DNA of 63,751 bases, the filler included, from Lama guanicoe (Eukaryota): the NCBI GenBank assembly GCA_013239625.1. It is 146 parts of 146 records of this genome, joined end to end, with 100 filler letters (N's around TTAATTAATTAA, not from the genome) between each part and the next. Parts side by side here need not be neighbours in the genome. Positions count along the whole stretch, not along the records: positions 50,267 to 50,604 come from PNXV01056945.1; positions 50,705 to 51,042 come from PNXV01056946.1; positions 51,143 to 51,480 come from PNXV01056947.1; positions 51,581 to 51,918 come from PNXV01056948.1; positions 52,019 to 52,356 come from PNXV01056949.1; positions 52,457 to 52,794 come from PNXV01056950.1; positions 52,895 to 53,232 come from PNXV01056951.1; positions 53,333 to 53,670 come from PNXV01056952.1; 138 more parts are not named here. One strand, 5' to 3'. Positions 50,167-62,786 of the stretch are shown one piece after another. Below the pieces are notes generated by a model. It was given only the letters and a program-made list of their open reading frames with translations. It did not search any database and had not been told where the DNA came from. How positions within the stretch are numbered: position 1 is the first letter of the stretch; the number at the start of each line of letters is the position of its first letter. Both the position numbers and the translations under genes were made by a program.

Positions 50167-52687
50167 NNNNNNNNNNNNNNNNNNNNNNNNNNNNNNNNNN
50201 NNNNNNNNNNTTAATTAATTAANNNNNNNNNNNNNNNNNNNNNNNNNNNNNNNNNNNNNNNNNNNNAGATTCCACATATAAGTGATGTCATATGATATTT
50301 GTCTGGCTTATTTCACTTAGCGTGATCACCTCTAGGTCCATCCGTGTGGCTGCAAATGGCACGTTTTCATTTCTTTTTAAGGCTGAGTAGTATTACAACT
50401 CCCCTATTCGTATCACCGACACCAAACCCTGGGTTGGAGGAATAAGTTAGTCAACATCACTGGGTTTTCAGTTAGGACTTAAAGGTGTTTCGAGGCACAA
50501 GCTAACCTTTATTGAAACTTTCCTATTCAGTTCCATAAAGTAAGACCTGCCTCTCGCAGATGTTCAAGTAGTTCATCTGTAGCCCGACTGGGCTCCTGCG
50601 GGAANNNNNNNNNNNNNNNNNNNNNNNNNNNNNNNNNNNNNNNNNNNNTTAATTAATTAANNNNNNNNNNNNNNNNNNNNNNNNNNNNNNNNNNNNNNNN
50701 NNNNTGGCTCTTATTCCCCACGTTGTACATCCTGGAGCATATCTTACATCCAATAGATTGTTCCTCCTACTGTCTGACTTCTATTTTGCCCCTCCTACCA
50801 CTGGTAAACACTAGTTTGTTCTCTATATCTGGTTCTAGTATTAGGTTATATTCACTGGTTTATGTTTTAGCTTCTACACATAAGTGATATTGTCTGGAAT
50901 TTTCCCTGTTAGAGTTATTACATTTCACATAATCACCTCCAAGTTCATCCACGTTGCTGCAAATGGCAAAATTTCGTTCTTTCTTAAGGCTGAGTAACAT
51001 TCCATTCTTTATGTATGTATATAGATCTATCTATCTATGTCTNNNNNNNNNNNNNNNNNNNNNNNNNNNNNNNNNNNNNNNNNNNNTTAATTAATTAANN
51101 NNNNNNNNNNNNNNNNNNNNNNNNNNNNNNNNNNNNNNNNNNCAGGGGCTTGAAGAACTGAGTTAGTTTCTGTTTGCCTCCAGAAGCTCCAATTTGCTCT
51201 GGATCTCTCCCATTTTCCATCCATCCTTCCGTCCCAACTTCCCACCCTGTGGACTTCAGGCTGCAACATCAGACATGAAACAGCAGCCTTCCTGAGACTG
51301 CTTATGCATCACAATTTCATATGGTCAAACCCTCTAGGAAGTTAACGCCTACGTATTCATACATATCTCCAAGAGATACTGCTTCTCTTGATGAAGACTC
51401 AATGATACATTAAGCCCAATTATTAAGAGGGATAATTAAACCAATTACCATGATATTTGTGATTTATTTTCAAATAAACANNNNNNNNNNNNNNNNNNNN
51501 NNNNNNNNNNNNNNNNNNNNNNNNTTAATTAATTAANNNNNNNNNNNNNNNNNNNNNNNNNNNNNNNNNNNNNNNNNNNNTAATCAAGTTAAAAAATAAG
51601 CCACAAAACTGAGCATCCACCACACCCAATATGTTTGTATTAATTGCATTAATTATATATGCAAGTAAGTGTAAAATAATACACGTATAGTTAAAAAAGA
51701 AAAATTTTAGAAGAATCATCTAGAGATGAAATAAACTATTTTAAAATATCTTGCTATTCATATCTTCAGAGCATTATGAATCTATTATCTCAAAATACAA
51801 TATACACATAGGGTGATATTTGACATAAATGACAGTGGATGTAATTTCCTACTTCATGTGATCTCTCGAACTTTTTGTCCCATTAATCAGATCTGCTTGG
51901 TCTGTGTTTTTATTAGAGNNNNNNNNNNNNNNNNNNNNNNNNNNNNNNNNNNNNNNNNNNNNTTAATTAATTAANNNNNNNNNNNNNNNNNNNNNNNNNN
52001 NNNNNNNNNNNNNNNNNNTCATTCTCCTCTTTCTGGGCCCTTTCTTGGACCCTCCTCCCCATCACATCATTCATATGCTTTTTATTCTATTCCCATCAAA
52101 ACTTGATCTCGAGAAATCACCTGAAATCAGTTCACACTAGTTTAGTGAACAATGGTAGTAGATGGAGGCTTTAGGTTTTCTGAGGTTGGAGTCAGAGGGA
52201 GCAAACACTGTATTTTAACTGAGATAAGAGCCATCAGCTAAAGACTGAAGCACCATGGAGGAATTTTCAAAGGCTGAGGACACGGCCCAAAATGAAAGAG
52301 GAAGTTTGTTCTCTCTTTGTTTGGAGGTTCGGTGTGGATCAGGGGAGGGGATTATGNNNNNNNNNNNNNNNNNNNNNNNNNNNNNNNNNNNNNNNNNNNN
52401 TTAATTAATTAANNNNNNNNNNNNNNNNNNNNNNNNNNNNNNNNNNNNNNNNNNNNTTTTTTTTTACCTTTTCCTAAAGAGAAAGCTTAAAAACAATTAA
52501 AATACTTATTCTTAGTTTTGTCCTAAGGTTTCAAAAATAATCTGTGTGGGTTGAAAAGAAAACCTGTTAGCAGTTCAGAAGGGAAAGAATTAAAAAGCCA
52601 TACTTTCCGCTTGTCCCCATCTCCTTCCTGCAGGCAATCACTGTCAACAGCGTGAGTGTGTCTTCCTGATCAGAGGTTCTGCACATT

Positions 52688-52794
52688 TGACATTTTGGGT
52701 CAGAAACTTTTCTGTTGAGGGCAGGGACTGCTGTATGTATTGCACAGTGGTTCACAGCATCCCTGGCCTCTACTCACTAGCTCCCAGTTGCACC
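52688..52794. mobile_element. MER20-like hAT DNA transposon relic
   Basis: tgacattttgggtcaga...cagcatccctggcctctactcactag...cccagttg. Confidence 0.7.
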
Positions 52795-55790
52795 NNNNNN
52801 NNNNNNNNNNNNNNNNNNNNNNNNNNNNNNNNNNNNNNTTAATTAATTAANNNNNNNNNNNNNNNNNNNNNNNNNNNNNNNNNNNNNNNNNNNNATAACT
52901 GAATCACTATGCTATACACCAGAAGCTAACACAACATTGTAAACCAACAATACTTCAATAAAAAAGGGAAGGCAAGCACTTGTGCACCAGAACATACGCA
53001 CAAAACGTTCATCACTACATCGTAAAAGCCAGAATGCAAAATTCTCTTTGCCTAGGATTGCGAGGATTCTGGAAACAGTGAGAAAAAGAAATCCACAGTA
53101 GGGTTAGCAGTCACATTATGCAGCTACTCCGAGGGCAGAGCTACTTGGTAAAGCCTATATTGTTGGGAAATAAGGAGCGCTTTCGGATAGTGACCATGAC
53201 CATGATTCTTAGAATTGATAAAACACATTGGTNNNNNNNNNNNNNNNNNNNNNNNNNNNNNNNNNNNNNNNNNNNNTTAATTAATTAANNNNNNNNNNNN
53301 NNNNNNNNNNNNNNNNNNNNNNNNNNNNNNNNGTCTTGATGTAGCAAGGGTCTGCCAATTTTTATGTTCTTTGATAAGGGCAACTCATGTTCAGTGATAG
53401 ACAAGAGTAAAAGAAGCCACCTTGAACGCAGTGGAACAGCTGTGCTCTGAAGTAAGGTTGTTGCCTCAGGGCTTTCGTTTGTTTACCCGTGAGCTTGTTG
53501 CCCGTGGCATCTCAGGCTGCATCATCACCTCACCTTAGTGTCCCTAGTTACCGCTGAAAGCTTGGTATAAAGAGATACTACACCCAAGGATACCATCATA
53601 AATGATAAGGCAAATGATCCAAGCAAAAATTAAATTTGTCTCCAAAGTATATCTCATACCTAGTTTTTTTNNNNNNNNNNNNNNNNNNNNNNNNNNNNNN
53701 NNNNNNNNNNNNNNTTAATTAATTAANNNNNNNNNNNNNNNNNNNNNNNNNNNNNNNNNNNNNNNNNNNNTGCCAAGAATTTAGTTACAGTGGCCCTGGT
53801 TGGTAGTGTATGTGGGTACCTCGAAGAGATAACACAAGACACTCTGGAGAAGATACCCTCATTCTAGGCCTCACAGAATCTGCACATATTATTTTTCAGC
53901 ACTAAGGAACACCACACAGTTCCAAAAAGAGTGGAGGGGTATACAACAGGCACATCATGGATGAGAATCAGCATAAACCAACACAAATCCCGAAACATAC
54001 CTACATAGACATTAGTTATTTGAATCCCCAAATGAAGATGATAAAACAGGTATGCTTACAATGTTTAATGACATCAAAGACAAGCTTATTATTATTATTA
54101 TTATTATTNNNNNNNNNNNNNNNNNNNNNNNNNNNNNNNNNNNNNNNNNNNNTTAATTAATTAANNNNNNNNNNNNNNNNNNNNNNNNNNNNNNNNNNNN
54201 NNNNNNNNGGAGAACGTCACCGCTGAGATGGGTGCCCAGGGCTGGGGTCGGGGGGATGGCTAACTCAGGTGAAGACTGAGGGCGGGCTATCTGCGGGCAG
54301 GGGGTTGGGGGGATGTTTAGAATACCTCTTCAGCATCACAGACGTTGGGATTTCAACCTCAATTGCCTCCTGGAATCATCCTCCTCAATCCCAAATCCAC
54401 ACAGGTCCCCAGCATGCAGGTCCCCTCCACCCCAGAAATGTTTTTCTTTCAAAATACGTCCCATGCCACAGTCGTCTGAGATGGAGGCAGAGCCAAGGAA
54501 AAACAAGCAAAATCTTTCTCAACATGACAGAACCTTAAATATCATCNNNNNNNNNNNNNNNNNNNNNNNNNNNNNNNNNNNNNNNNNNNNTTAATTAATT
54601 AANNNNNNNNNNNNNNNNNNNNNNNNNNNNNNNNNNNNNNNNNNNNGAGAATTATTTGGGTTGGAAAACAGATTTGGCTGCTACCAGCAAAGAGAGGACA
54701 ATTGCAGCCATTTCCTTTTTATGTGACACTTCTGTCCTACACTGAGCCCAGAAGGCTCTGCTGTTCTAGTTTTCACTGTCTCCTCCTAGCAACTGGCTAA
54801 TTGATGCATTCCATTATAAAATGTGAAGTGAAATTGAATAGGATGATTTGTACCTGCCTTAAGAAGGCAAATAAACTAGACTCAGGCAATTCATAAATAG
54901 AGCTCAGCTGTGAGGTAAGGTAATAGACATTCTCTCCTGTTCATGAATCCAGGTTGTCAGGCAGGAATGACCTTAGGGACAGAANNNNNNNNNNNNNNNN
55001 NNNNNNNNNNNNNNNNNNNNNNNNNNNNTTAATTAATTAANNNNNNNNNNNNNNNNNNNNNNNNNNNNNNNNNNNNNNNNNNNNCATTTCTTTATGATTT
55101 TCTCAAATGTAAACCAAGGATGCACTGCTTACTCTAAGAACAGTGGGGAAAAAGTGAGTTAATAAATAAAGAAGGATGGAGGGGAGCAAAGAAGAGAGGA
55201 AGGAAAGGAAAGACAGAAAAACAGAAAATGGAAGGAAGGAAGCAAAGAATAAGTAAACTGATAAAAAGCAACATGATAGAGAAGAAAACAAGCTGGATTA
55301 AGCTGTATTCATTGAAAGTAAGGGTGTTTCCCCGAAATATAGGACCTCAGTTGCTAGTAATTGAGCTTCAAAGCACTGTCTACATATCCAGGCCACTTAG
55401 AACTCGGCAAGTGGTATACTGTNNNNNNNNNNNNNNNNNNNNNNNNNNNNNNNNNNNNNNNNNNNNTTAATTAATTAANNNNNNNNNNNNNNNNNNNNNN
55501 NNNNNNNNNNNNNNNNNNNNNNAAAAAAAGAGAGAGAGAGACAAGAAGAAAGAGGAGATACACAAAGGAAGTAGACTGGGTACTTTAGGGACCACTATGT
55601 ATGTTCTACGCACATATATATTAGCTGCTTTCTTGGTCCCTTTTTCATTCAAAATTCAAAAGTGTGTGGACCAGAGAGATAGATAGACTTTCAAGTGGCA
55701 AATCTCTACTCCCCAAATAGGATGAGATAATGAAAAATGTATTAAAATCCTCAGATGTTCACTATGCTTTCATATGGAGTTCTAATATAG

Positions 55791-55860
55791 TGAAAGGAAC
55801 TCAAAATATGCCTCTTCAGCATATGAAGTATCTTGAGCTAAACGCCACTGAGAACCAACA
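55791..55860 (+). mobile_element. MER34-like LTR 5' end
   Basis: tgaaaggaactcaaaatatgcctcttcagcatatgaagtatcttgagctaaa. Confidence 0.55.
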
Positions 55861-57274
55861 NNNNNNNNNNNNNNNNNNNNNNNNNNNNNNNNNNNNNNNN
55901 NNNNTTAATTAATTAANNNNNNNNNNNNNNNNNNNNNNNNNNNNNNNNNNNNNNNNNNNNTTAACAGTACTAATTGAACGTCTGAAAGTTACTAAGGGAG
56001 TAGGTCTTAAAAGTTCTCATCTCGGGAAAAAAATCTTGTGACTCTGTCAGGGGATGGATGTTAACTAAACTTATTGTGGTCATTGTTTTGTGATATAGAC
56101 AAATATCAAATCATTACAGCGTATGCCTTAAACTAATACAATGCTATATGTCTCTTACCTCTCAATAAAACTGGAAAAAATTTAAAATTAAATAGTGTTT
56201 ATAATATTTACTTAACATAGTTATTATCAACCAGTAATAGTTTATGTAAAATTACCAGAATGATGCCTGATGCTCTTAATGTCACTAGTAGAAATGTCNN
56301 NNNNNNNNNNNNNNNNNNNNNNNNNNNNNNNNNNNNNNNNNNTTAATTAATTAANNNNNNNNNNNNNNNNNNNNNNNNNNNNNNNNNNNNNNNNNNNNAA
56401 GTAACACTGTGACCAGAGGCTGCTGTCGTCCCTCCCTCCTTACCTCCCGCACAGAGGTCTCATTCTCCCCTTAGCTGCTTTTCAGCCGTCTCCACGTCCC
56501 CTCCTGTACAAGGCCTTCACGCATCCATTATACACCAGCCACCTCCTACTTTCACTGACCCTCTCAGGCCGACACAGATTTACACATTTTCTAGTTATTT
56601 GGTTATTTTTTCAACGTTAAGATGAACCTGTCTCTATCATTTCTTCTGCTGCTGTTACTATGCACATGAGCACACGCACTGTCCTTATCTGTCTGTGAAG
56701 ACGTAAGATTTTATGAAATACTCATCGTGTTCATATNNNNNNNNNNNNNNNNNNNNNNNNNNNNNNNNNNNNNNNNNNNNTTAATTAATTAANNNNNNNN
56801 NNNNNNNNNNNNNNNNNNNNNNNNNNNNNNNNNNNNTTTTTTTTTTTTTATTGCTTTTTGAATTTTGCATTGAAGTGTAGTTCATTTACAAAGTTAGTTT
56901 CAGGTGTACTAAAGTGATTCAGTTATACACATAACATACATGTATATTTTTTCTTTACGGATTCTTTCCCACTATATATATTATTACAAGGTGTTGAGTA
57001 TAGTTCCCTGTGCTACACCGTAGGTCCTTGTTGTTTATCTGTTTTATGGACTCTTCCATTTTTAGTGACCTAAGATCATTCCTTTCCCTGTAGATCCTTT
57101 GATGCTCATGGGCTATTTTAGATAAAACGGAGCTACAGTCTGGGATACTGCCATGCTGGGTGAGCTGACAAAGGNNNNNNNNNNNNNNNNNNNNNNNNNN
57201 NNNNNNNNNNNNNNNNNNTTAATTAATTAANNNNNNNNNNNNNNNNNNNNNNNNNNNNNNNNNNNNNNNNNNNN

Positions 57275-57611
57275 TTTTAGATTCCACGTATAAGTGACAT
57301 CATACAGTATTTGTCTTTCTCTGTTCCACTTATTTCACTCAGCATAATGCCCTCCCAATCCATCCATGTTGCTGCAAATGGCAAAAGTTCATTCTTTTTT
57401 ATGGCTGAGTAGTATTCCAATGTATACTACATCTTCTTTTATCCATTGATCTGTTAATGGACACTAAGGCTGCTTCCATACTTTGACAGTTGTAAATAAT
57501 TCTGCTATGAACATTGGAGTACATGTACCTCTTCAAATTAGTGTTTTGGGGGCTTTTTTTGGGATATATACCCAGGAGTAGAATTTCTGGGTCATATGGT
57601 AGTTCTATTTT
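57275..57611 (-). mobile_element. L1 3' region, antisense
   Basis: ttagattccacgtataagtgacatcatacagtatttgtc...tgctatgaacattggagtacatgt. Confidence 0.9.
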
Positions 57612-57711
57612 NNNNNNNNNNNNNNNNNNNNNNNNNNNNNNNNNNNNNNNNNNNNTTAATTAATTAANNNNNNNNNNNNNNNNNNNNNNNNNNNNNNNNN
57701 NNNNNNNNNNN

Positions 57712-57858
57712 CTTCCCTAGAGTCGTCAGAGGACCATGGTCCTGTTCCCACTTTAATTTTGGACTTCTAGCCCTCAGACCTCTGAGGGAAGAAAGTTCTG
57801 CTGTTTCAAGCCACTCAGTGTTGGTAATTAGCTATGGCAGCCTTAAGAAATTAATACA
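57712..57858 (+). mobile_element. MLT1 (MaLR) LTR 3' end
   Basis: ttggacttctagccctcaga...ttctgctgtttcaagccactcagtgttggtaatt...ggcagccttaagaaattaataca. Confidence 0.75.
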
Positions 57859-58587
57859 GTTGATAGGTGTGATTGCTTTTGATAAAGTAGACTCCATCTT
57901 CTTGCCCACCAAATATCTGGCTTAGGGATAGAGATGGGTAAGGTTTTAGTTTCAAGCTAATTTGTGATCAACTTAGAAAACACATTCATTAAGAAACTTA
58001 TATGGGTATGTATAGAGACTAGATTTATTTTAAATATAATTGATTTTTTNNNNNNNNNNNNNNNNNNNNNNNNNNNNNNNNNNNNNNNNNNNNTTAATTA
58101 ATTAANNNNNNNNNNNNNNNNNNNNNNNNNNNNNNNNNNNNNNNNNNNNGACTAGCCCCAGATCACACAGGTAATCCTTGTTCAGAGCTGGGATTCAAAC
58201 TAAACATTTTCTGGCTTCAAAGTTTCATCCACTGAGCCAATAGTTTCCAAACCTAGCTCCAGACGAGAGTTTATTCATTCAACTAGTAAACACTGAGCAA
58301 CCAACATGTGTCAGTCACCCAGTCTGGGTGCTGCAGATTTAGCAATGAACAAAACAGACAAAAAGCGTCTATATCCTGAAAGATGGAGACAGACGACAAA
58401 TAACATGGTTAACAGAAGGGCTTCAAAATAAAGATTCTCAGGTGTCAGTCCCAAAGATCATGCTTTTGTCGGGTAGTGGGGGGGGGGNNNNNNNNNNNNN
58501 NNNNNNNNNNNNNNNNNNNNNNNNNNNNNNNTTAATTAATTAANNNNNNNNNNNNNNNNNNNNNNNNNNNNNNNNNNNNNNNNNNNN

Positions 58588-58926
58588 ATAAATTGGAACT
58601 TGACTTGTTAAAGACCAAGGTAAATCTTGCCTCTTCGGTAGATAGGAGTAAAAACCTTAGGCCTTTGCATTTTGTGCATTTGTATCACAGATGTATGGTA
58701 TTGCCAAAATTAAGTCAGGAGCTAAAAGATATGGAACTTGTTGAAGACAGAGTAATTTTGTTTCTTCCATAAATACAAGTAAAAACCTACGAGGCCTCTG
58801 TGTTTTGTATGTTTGTGTGTCACAGGTATATTTTATTGCCGAAATTAATTCAGAGGGGTAAAAAACTTGCAATTTGGCTTGTTAAAGACAAAGAGAAATC
58901 TTGCCTTTTCCATAAATATGAGTAAA
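58588..58926. repeat. Diverged ~137-bp tandem repeat, about 2.5 units
   Basis: cttgtt.aagac at 58604, 58737 and 58878; gtaaaaacct and tattgcc.aaattaa also recur. Confidence 0.8.
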
Positions 58927-59903
58927 NNNNNNNNNNNNNNNNNNNNNNNNNNNNNNNNNNNNNNNNNNNNTTAATTAATTAANNNNNNNNNNNNNNNNNN
59001 NNNNNNNNNNNNNNNNNNNNNNNNNNGGGGGGGGGGCTGGCCAGTCACAGCCCAGTCTGTTTAATTCAAAAGGCGTGGTGCCAGACTGGACGGCCTTAGC
59101 TGTGCGGCTTGCCTCACAGGGCGGAACTTGTGCTGTGATTCACATGCCCTCATACCTGGTGAATCTGAACATGTACCCTCCACTTTGAAATGATATGCCA
59201 TCTCAAATTCAGGGAAAAGGAGACAAGGAGGCCTGAGCCTCAGAAGTGAATACCAGATTCTCCAGCTGGTTTTCAGGTCTGTTTTCTTGGGTCCCTCAAG
59301 GCCTCTGATCTATCTTTTTAGGAATCTTTCAATTCCTGCTTTCCATTCTGATAACAGGACTAACTNNNNNNNNNNNNNNNNNNNNNNNNNNNNNNNNNNN
59401 NNNNNNNNNTTAATTAATTAANNNNNNNNNNNNNNNNNNNNNNNNNNNNNNNNNNNNNNNNNNNNTCTCAATCCTCACAATACCACAATATGCTACATCA
59501 TGTTTTTGGTTATTCTCCCTGTTTTTCTTTTTTCTCATATGTAGACTCTAACAGCTCACAGGCTAAGTGATTTGTCCAAACTTTCCAATGTTAGTAAATG
59601 GTAGAGACGGTCTGGGACCATTATTCAGGTCTTATGGAGCCAAATGTTATATGTTTTCTACAATGCTTCATTACCTTCCACCCATACGAATGAAGGCAGA
59701 AATCTAACAACTATTTATCACAAGCGATTGTTTAAGAAAATGACACAGACTTTCATCATTACTTTCTAGCTAAAAATGCAGTATTTCATCTACCACTACA
59801 GCANNNNNNNNNNNNNNNNNNNNNNNNNNNNNNNNNNNNNNNNNNNNTTAATTAATTAANNNNNNNNNNNNNNNNNNNNNNNNNNNNNNNNNNNNNNNNN
59901 NNN

Positions 59904-60240
59904 TCTCCAGCATTTATCATTTGTGGACTTTTTAATGACAGCCATTCTGACTAGAGTGAGGGGATACCTCATTGTAGTTTTGATTTGCAATTCTCTGATA
60001 GTTAGCAACATTGGGCATCTTTTCATGTATCTTTTGGCCATCTGTGTGTCTTCATTGGAGACATGTCTATTTCAGTCTTCAGCTCATTTATCAATTACAT
60101 AAGTATTTTTGTTGTTGTTGCTATTGAGTAGTATGAGCTTTTTGTAAATTCTGGAAGTTAAGCTCCTGTCAGTTGTATTGTTTGCCAAGTGTTTTCTCCC
60201 AGTCTGTAGGTTGTCTTTTCATTTTGTTTATGGTTTCCTT
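59904..60240 (-). mobile_element. L1 ORF2 C-terminal (Cys-rich) fragment, antisense
   Basis: [44 protein letters not shown]. Confidence 0.95.
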
Positions 60241-60798
60241 NNNNNNNNNNNNNNNNNNNNNNNNNNNNNNNNNNNNNNNNNNNNTTAATTAATTAANNNN
60301 NNNNNNNNNNNNNNNNNNNNNNNNNNNNNNNNNNNNNNNNAGAGAACTTGATGTTTTGCTAGCATTCATTTCTTTTCTTTTTTTTCCAGCAAATGCCATT
60401 TATTGTTATTAATAACATTTTCTCTTTTCTTTCTTTTATTTATTGAAGTATAGTTGACTTACAGTATTATATTTGTTTCATGTGTACAACATAGTGCTTC
60501 GATATTTTTATAGGTCTTATATATAAAATTATTCTGAAATATTGGCTATATTCCCTGTGCTGTAAATTATATCCTTGTGTCTTAGTTATTTATAACTTAC
60601 AGTTTGTACGTCTCAATCCCCTTCCCCCACCTCATCCCTCCCCCATTCCTTTCCCACTGGAAACCACTAGTTTGTTATNNNNNNNNNNNNNNNNNNNNNN
60701 NNNNNNNNNNNNNNNNNNNNNNTTAATTAATTAANNNNNNNNNNNNNNNNNNNNNNNNNNNNNNNNNNNNNNNNNNNNGGGTTGCAGATGAAACTTAC

Positions 60799-60910
60799 AC
60801 AATGCCACTCCCACATTTGTCACAGAGTGGCATCCTCTGTGTGCTGCCGGCACCACCATGGACTTTTGTAACTGGAGCTCTCACACTCCGAGTTCCAGCA
60901 GGACGGTCAT
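60799..60910 (-). CDS. PDLIM3: PDZ and LIM domain protein 3 (ALP) exon at the start of the LIM domain (112 nt)
   Basis: Minus strand ctttgtttttcag|[38 protein letters not shown]|gtaagt; not in the ORF track. Confidence 0.93.
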
Positions 60911-61656
60911 CTGAAAAACAAAGTGTTGCCATTTATGGCAAGGGAACAGCTGGCTGCAGTTTATACTTTGCTTCTATTTTAAGGTGTGCACTTTAACCTA
61001 AGGAATTCTTAGTTGCACCCATACTATCATTTCAAAAAGAGCAGGACTGGTTTAAGCATAACTTGTTCTGAAGCAGGACCTTACAAAATAAAATTAGTTA
61101 AAAATTGTTGTTGTTGTNNNNNNNNNNNNNNNNNNNNNNNNNNNNNNNNNNNNNNNNNNNNTTAATTAATTAANNNNNNNNNNNNNNNNNNNNNNNNNNN
61201 NNNNNNNNNNNNNNNNNCCACGTGAAGCTGGGCCTGGGTGTGTGTGTGTTCAAAAGATGAAACCCACGCTTGCAGAGGTCAAAGCGGATGGAGATAGCGT
61301 TAAGTCTGGTGCCACTCCTGACCCAAGGACAGTCTACTTCTGCGCTTTGCTTCTTTTTTGAAAGCAGCATCTGTGGCCTCTGGGGTGCTCATGTAAGGCG
61401 CCTCCCAAGAGCCAGGCAGGAGCAGTTGCCAGCTGGTCATTCTTTGTGTCAGACTTTGATGAAAGGTGAGATGAAAGGCATGGGAAGAGCTGAGCATCTC
61501 CCAGAGCTCCCACGCCCTCGAGTGGCCGGCAGACCCCTCCTTGGGGTGGCCCTGGGNNNNNNNNNNNNNNNNNNNNNNNNNNNNNNNNNNNNNNNNNNNN
61601 TTAATTAATTAANNNNNNNNNNNNNNNNNNNNNNNNNNNNNNNNNNNNNNNNNNNN

Positions 61657-61995
61657 GGGCCTCCGCGCTCGCCTCCTGACGTGGACCCTCGGACCCCGCA
61701 CCGCCGGGGGACGTGCGCCCGAGACGTAGGTGTAGACGGCGAACAAAAGAGGAGCCCGCGGTCGGAGCTCGCCCGGCCTGGCCCGGCTCACCCGCCGCAG
61801 GGCCGGCCCGGGACCTCCGTCCGCCCAGTGGACCGGGGAGGCCGGGAGGCGGCGGCCGCGCCGAGGGGCGGACCCGGCGCGGGGCGGCCCAGCCCTTCCG
61901 ACAGGCGGGCGCCCGACTCGGGGCGCCCGCAGCCGCCTCCATCTTGGCTGGCGGAGGCGGGGAGCGGCGTCTGGCCCCAGCCCCGGCGCCCCGGC
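61657..61995. promoter_or_regulatory. CpG island, probable promoter or first-exon region
   Basis: Extreme GC/CpG density, GGGGCGG boxes, YY1-like gcctccatcttgg at about 61935. Confidence 0.7.
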
Positions 61996-62595
61996 NNNNN
62001 NNNNNNNNNNNNNNNNNNNNNNNNNNNNNNNNNNNNNNNTTAATTAATTAANNNNNNNNNNNNNNNNNNNNNNNNNNNNNNNNNNNNNNNNNNNNTGTGG
62101 GTGGGATCAACTTCCACTTCGTGGGTTCTTGCCTCTCTCCTCCCCCAAGGTTTCATTGTTTGACAGTCAGCATAAAGGGAGGTGGCGTGACAGGGATGTG
62201 TGGTGCTCTGATGGGCTCCCCTGAAGTCTTCCCGGAGGGGGAGTCCCGTCCAGAGAAATGCTCGTCTATACGAGCATCCGAGACTGGTAGACAGCCTTTG
62301 CAGATTACTACCAGCTGAGCCTTGTCAGAACACACAGCTCTGAGTGCCTTTTGAACATCGTGTTGTTTACTCTCTTCTGTCCCTCGGTGTTTATACCATC
62401 AAGAATTCTAGTACTTCTCTGTATTTGTTTAAATNNNNNNNNNNNNNNNNNNNNNNNNNNNNNNNNNNNNNNNNNNNNTTAATTAATTAANNNNNNNNNN
62501 NNNNNNNNNNNNNNNNNNNNNNNNNNNNNNNNNNTTTGATGTGATGTTTCATGCACACCCCAGATGATGGGTCCAAGTTCCCATCTGCTGTGACA

Positions 62596-62786
62596 GCATC
62601 CACTGGAGATCTTGGAACATATCTTTGCAGATGAGGGGGAGCTACTGTAATACACAGTTTTAGGCATCCACTGGGGTCTTGCAACATATCCCTGTGGATA
62701 AGGGGGAGCTACTATAATACATTTCTGTTATTTTAAGCCATCCAGTTTATGGCACTTATTACAGAAGCCTGAGGAAATGAATACAA
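62596..62786 (+). mobile_element. Tigger/Zombi-like DNA transposon end (duplicated) followed by an MLT LTR end
   Basis: catccactgg..tcttg.aacatatc...agggggagctact.ta twice, then tttctgttattttaagccatccagtttatgg...aaatgaataca. Confidence 0.55.

Noticed and set aside
17036..60910. A muscle gene cluster (NEB plus PDLIM3)
   Set aside because: They are on separate contigs; co-occurrence reflects length sorting only
1689..62687. Most ORFs in the supplied track, especially those ending in X runs, N or LIN
   Set aside because: They read into the N spacer and stop in the linker, or come from repeats and GC-rich sequence
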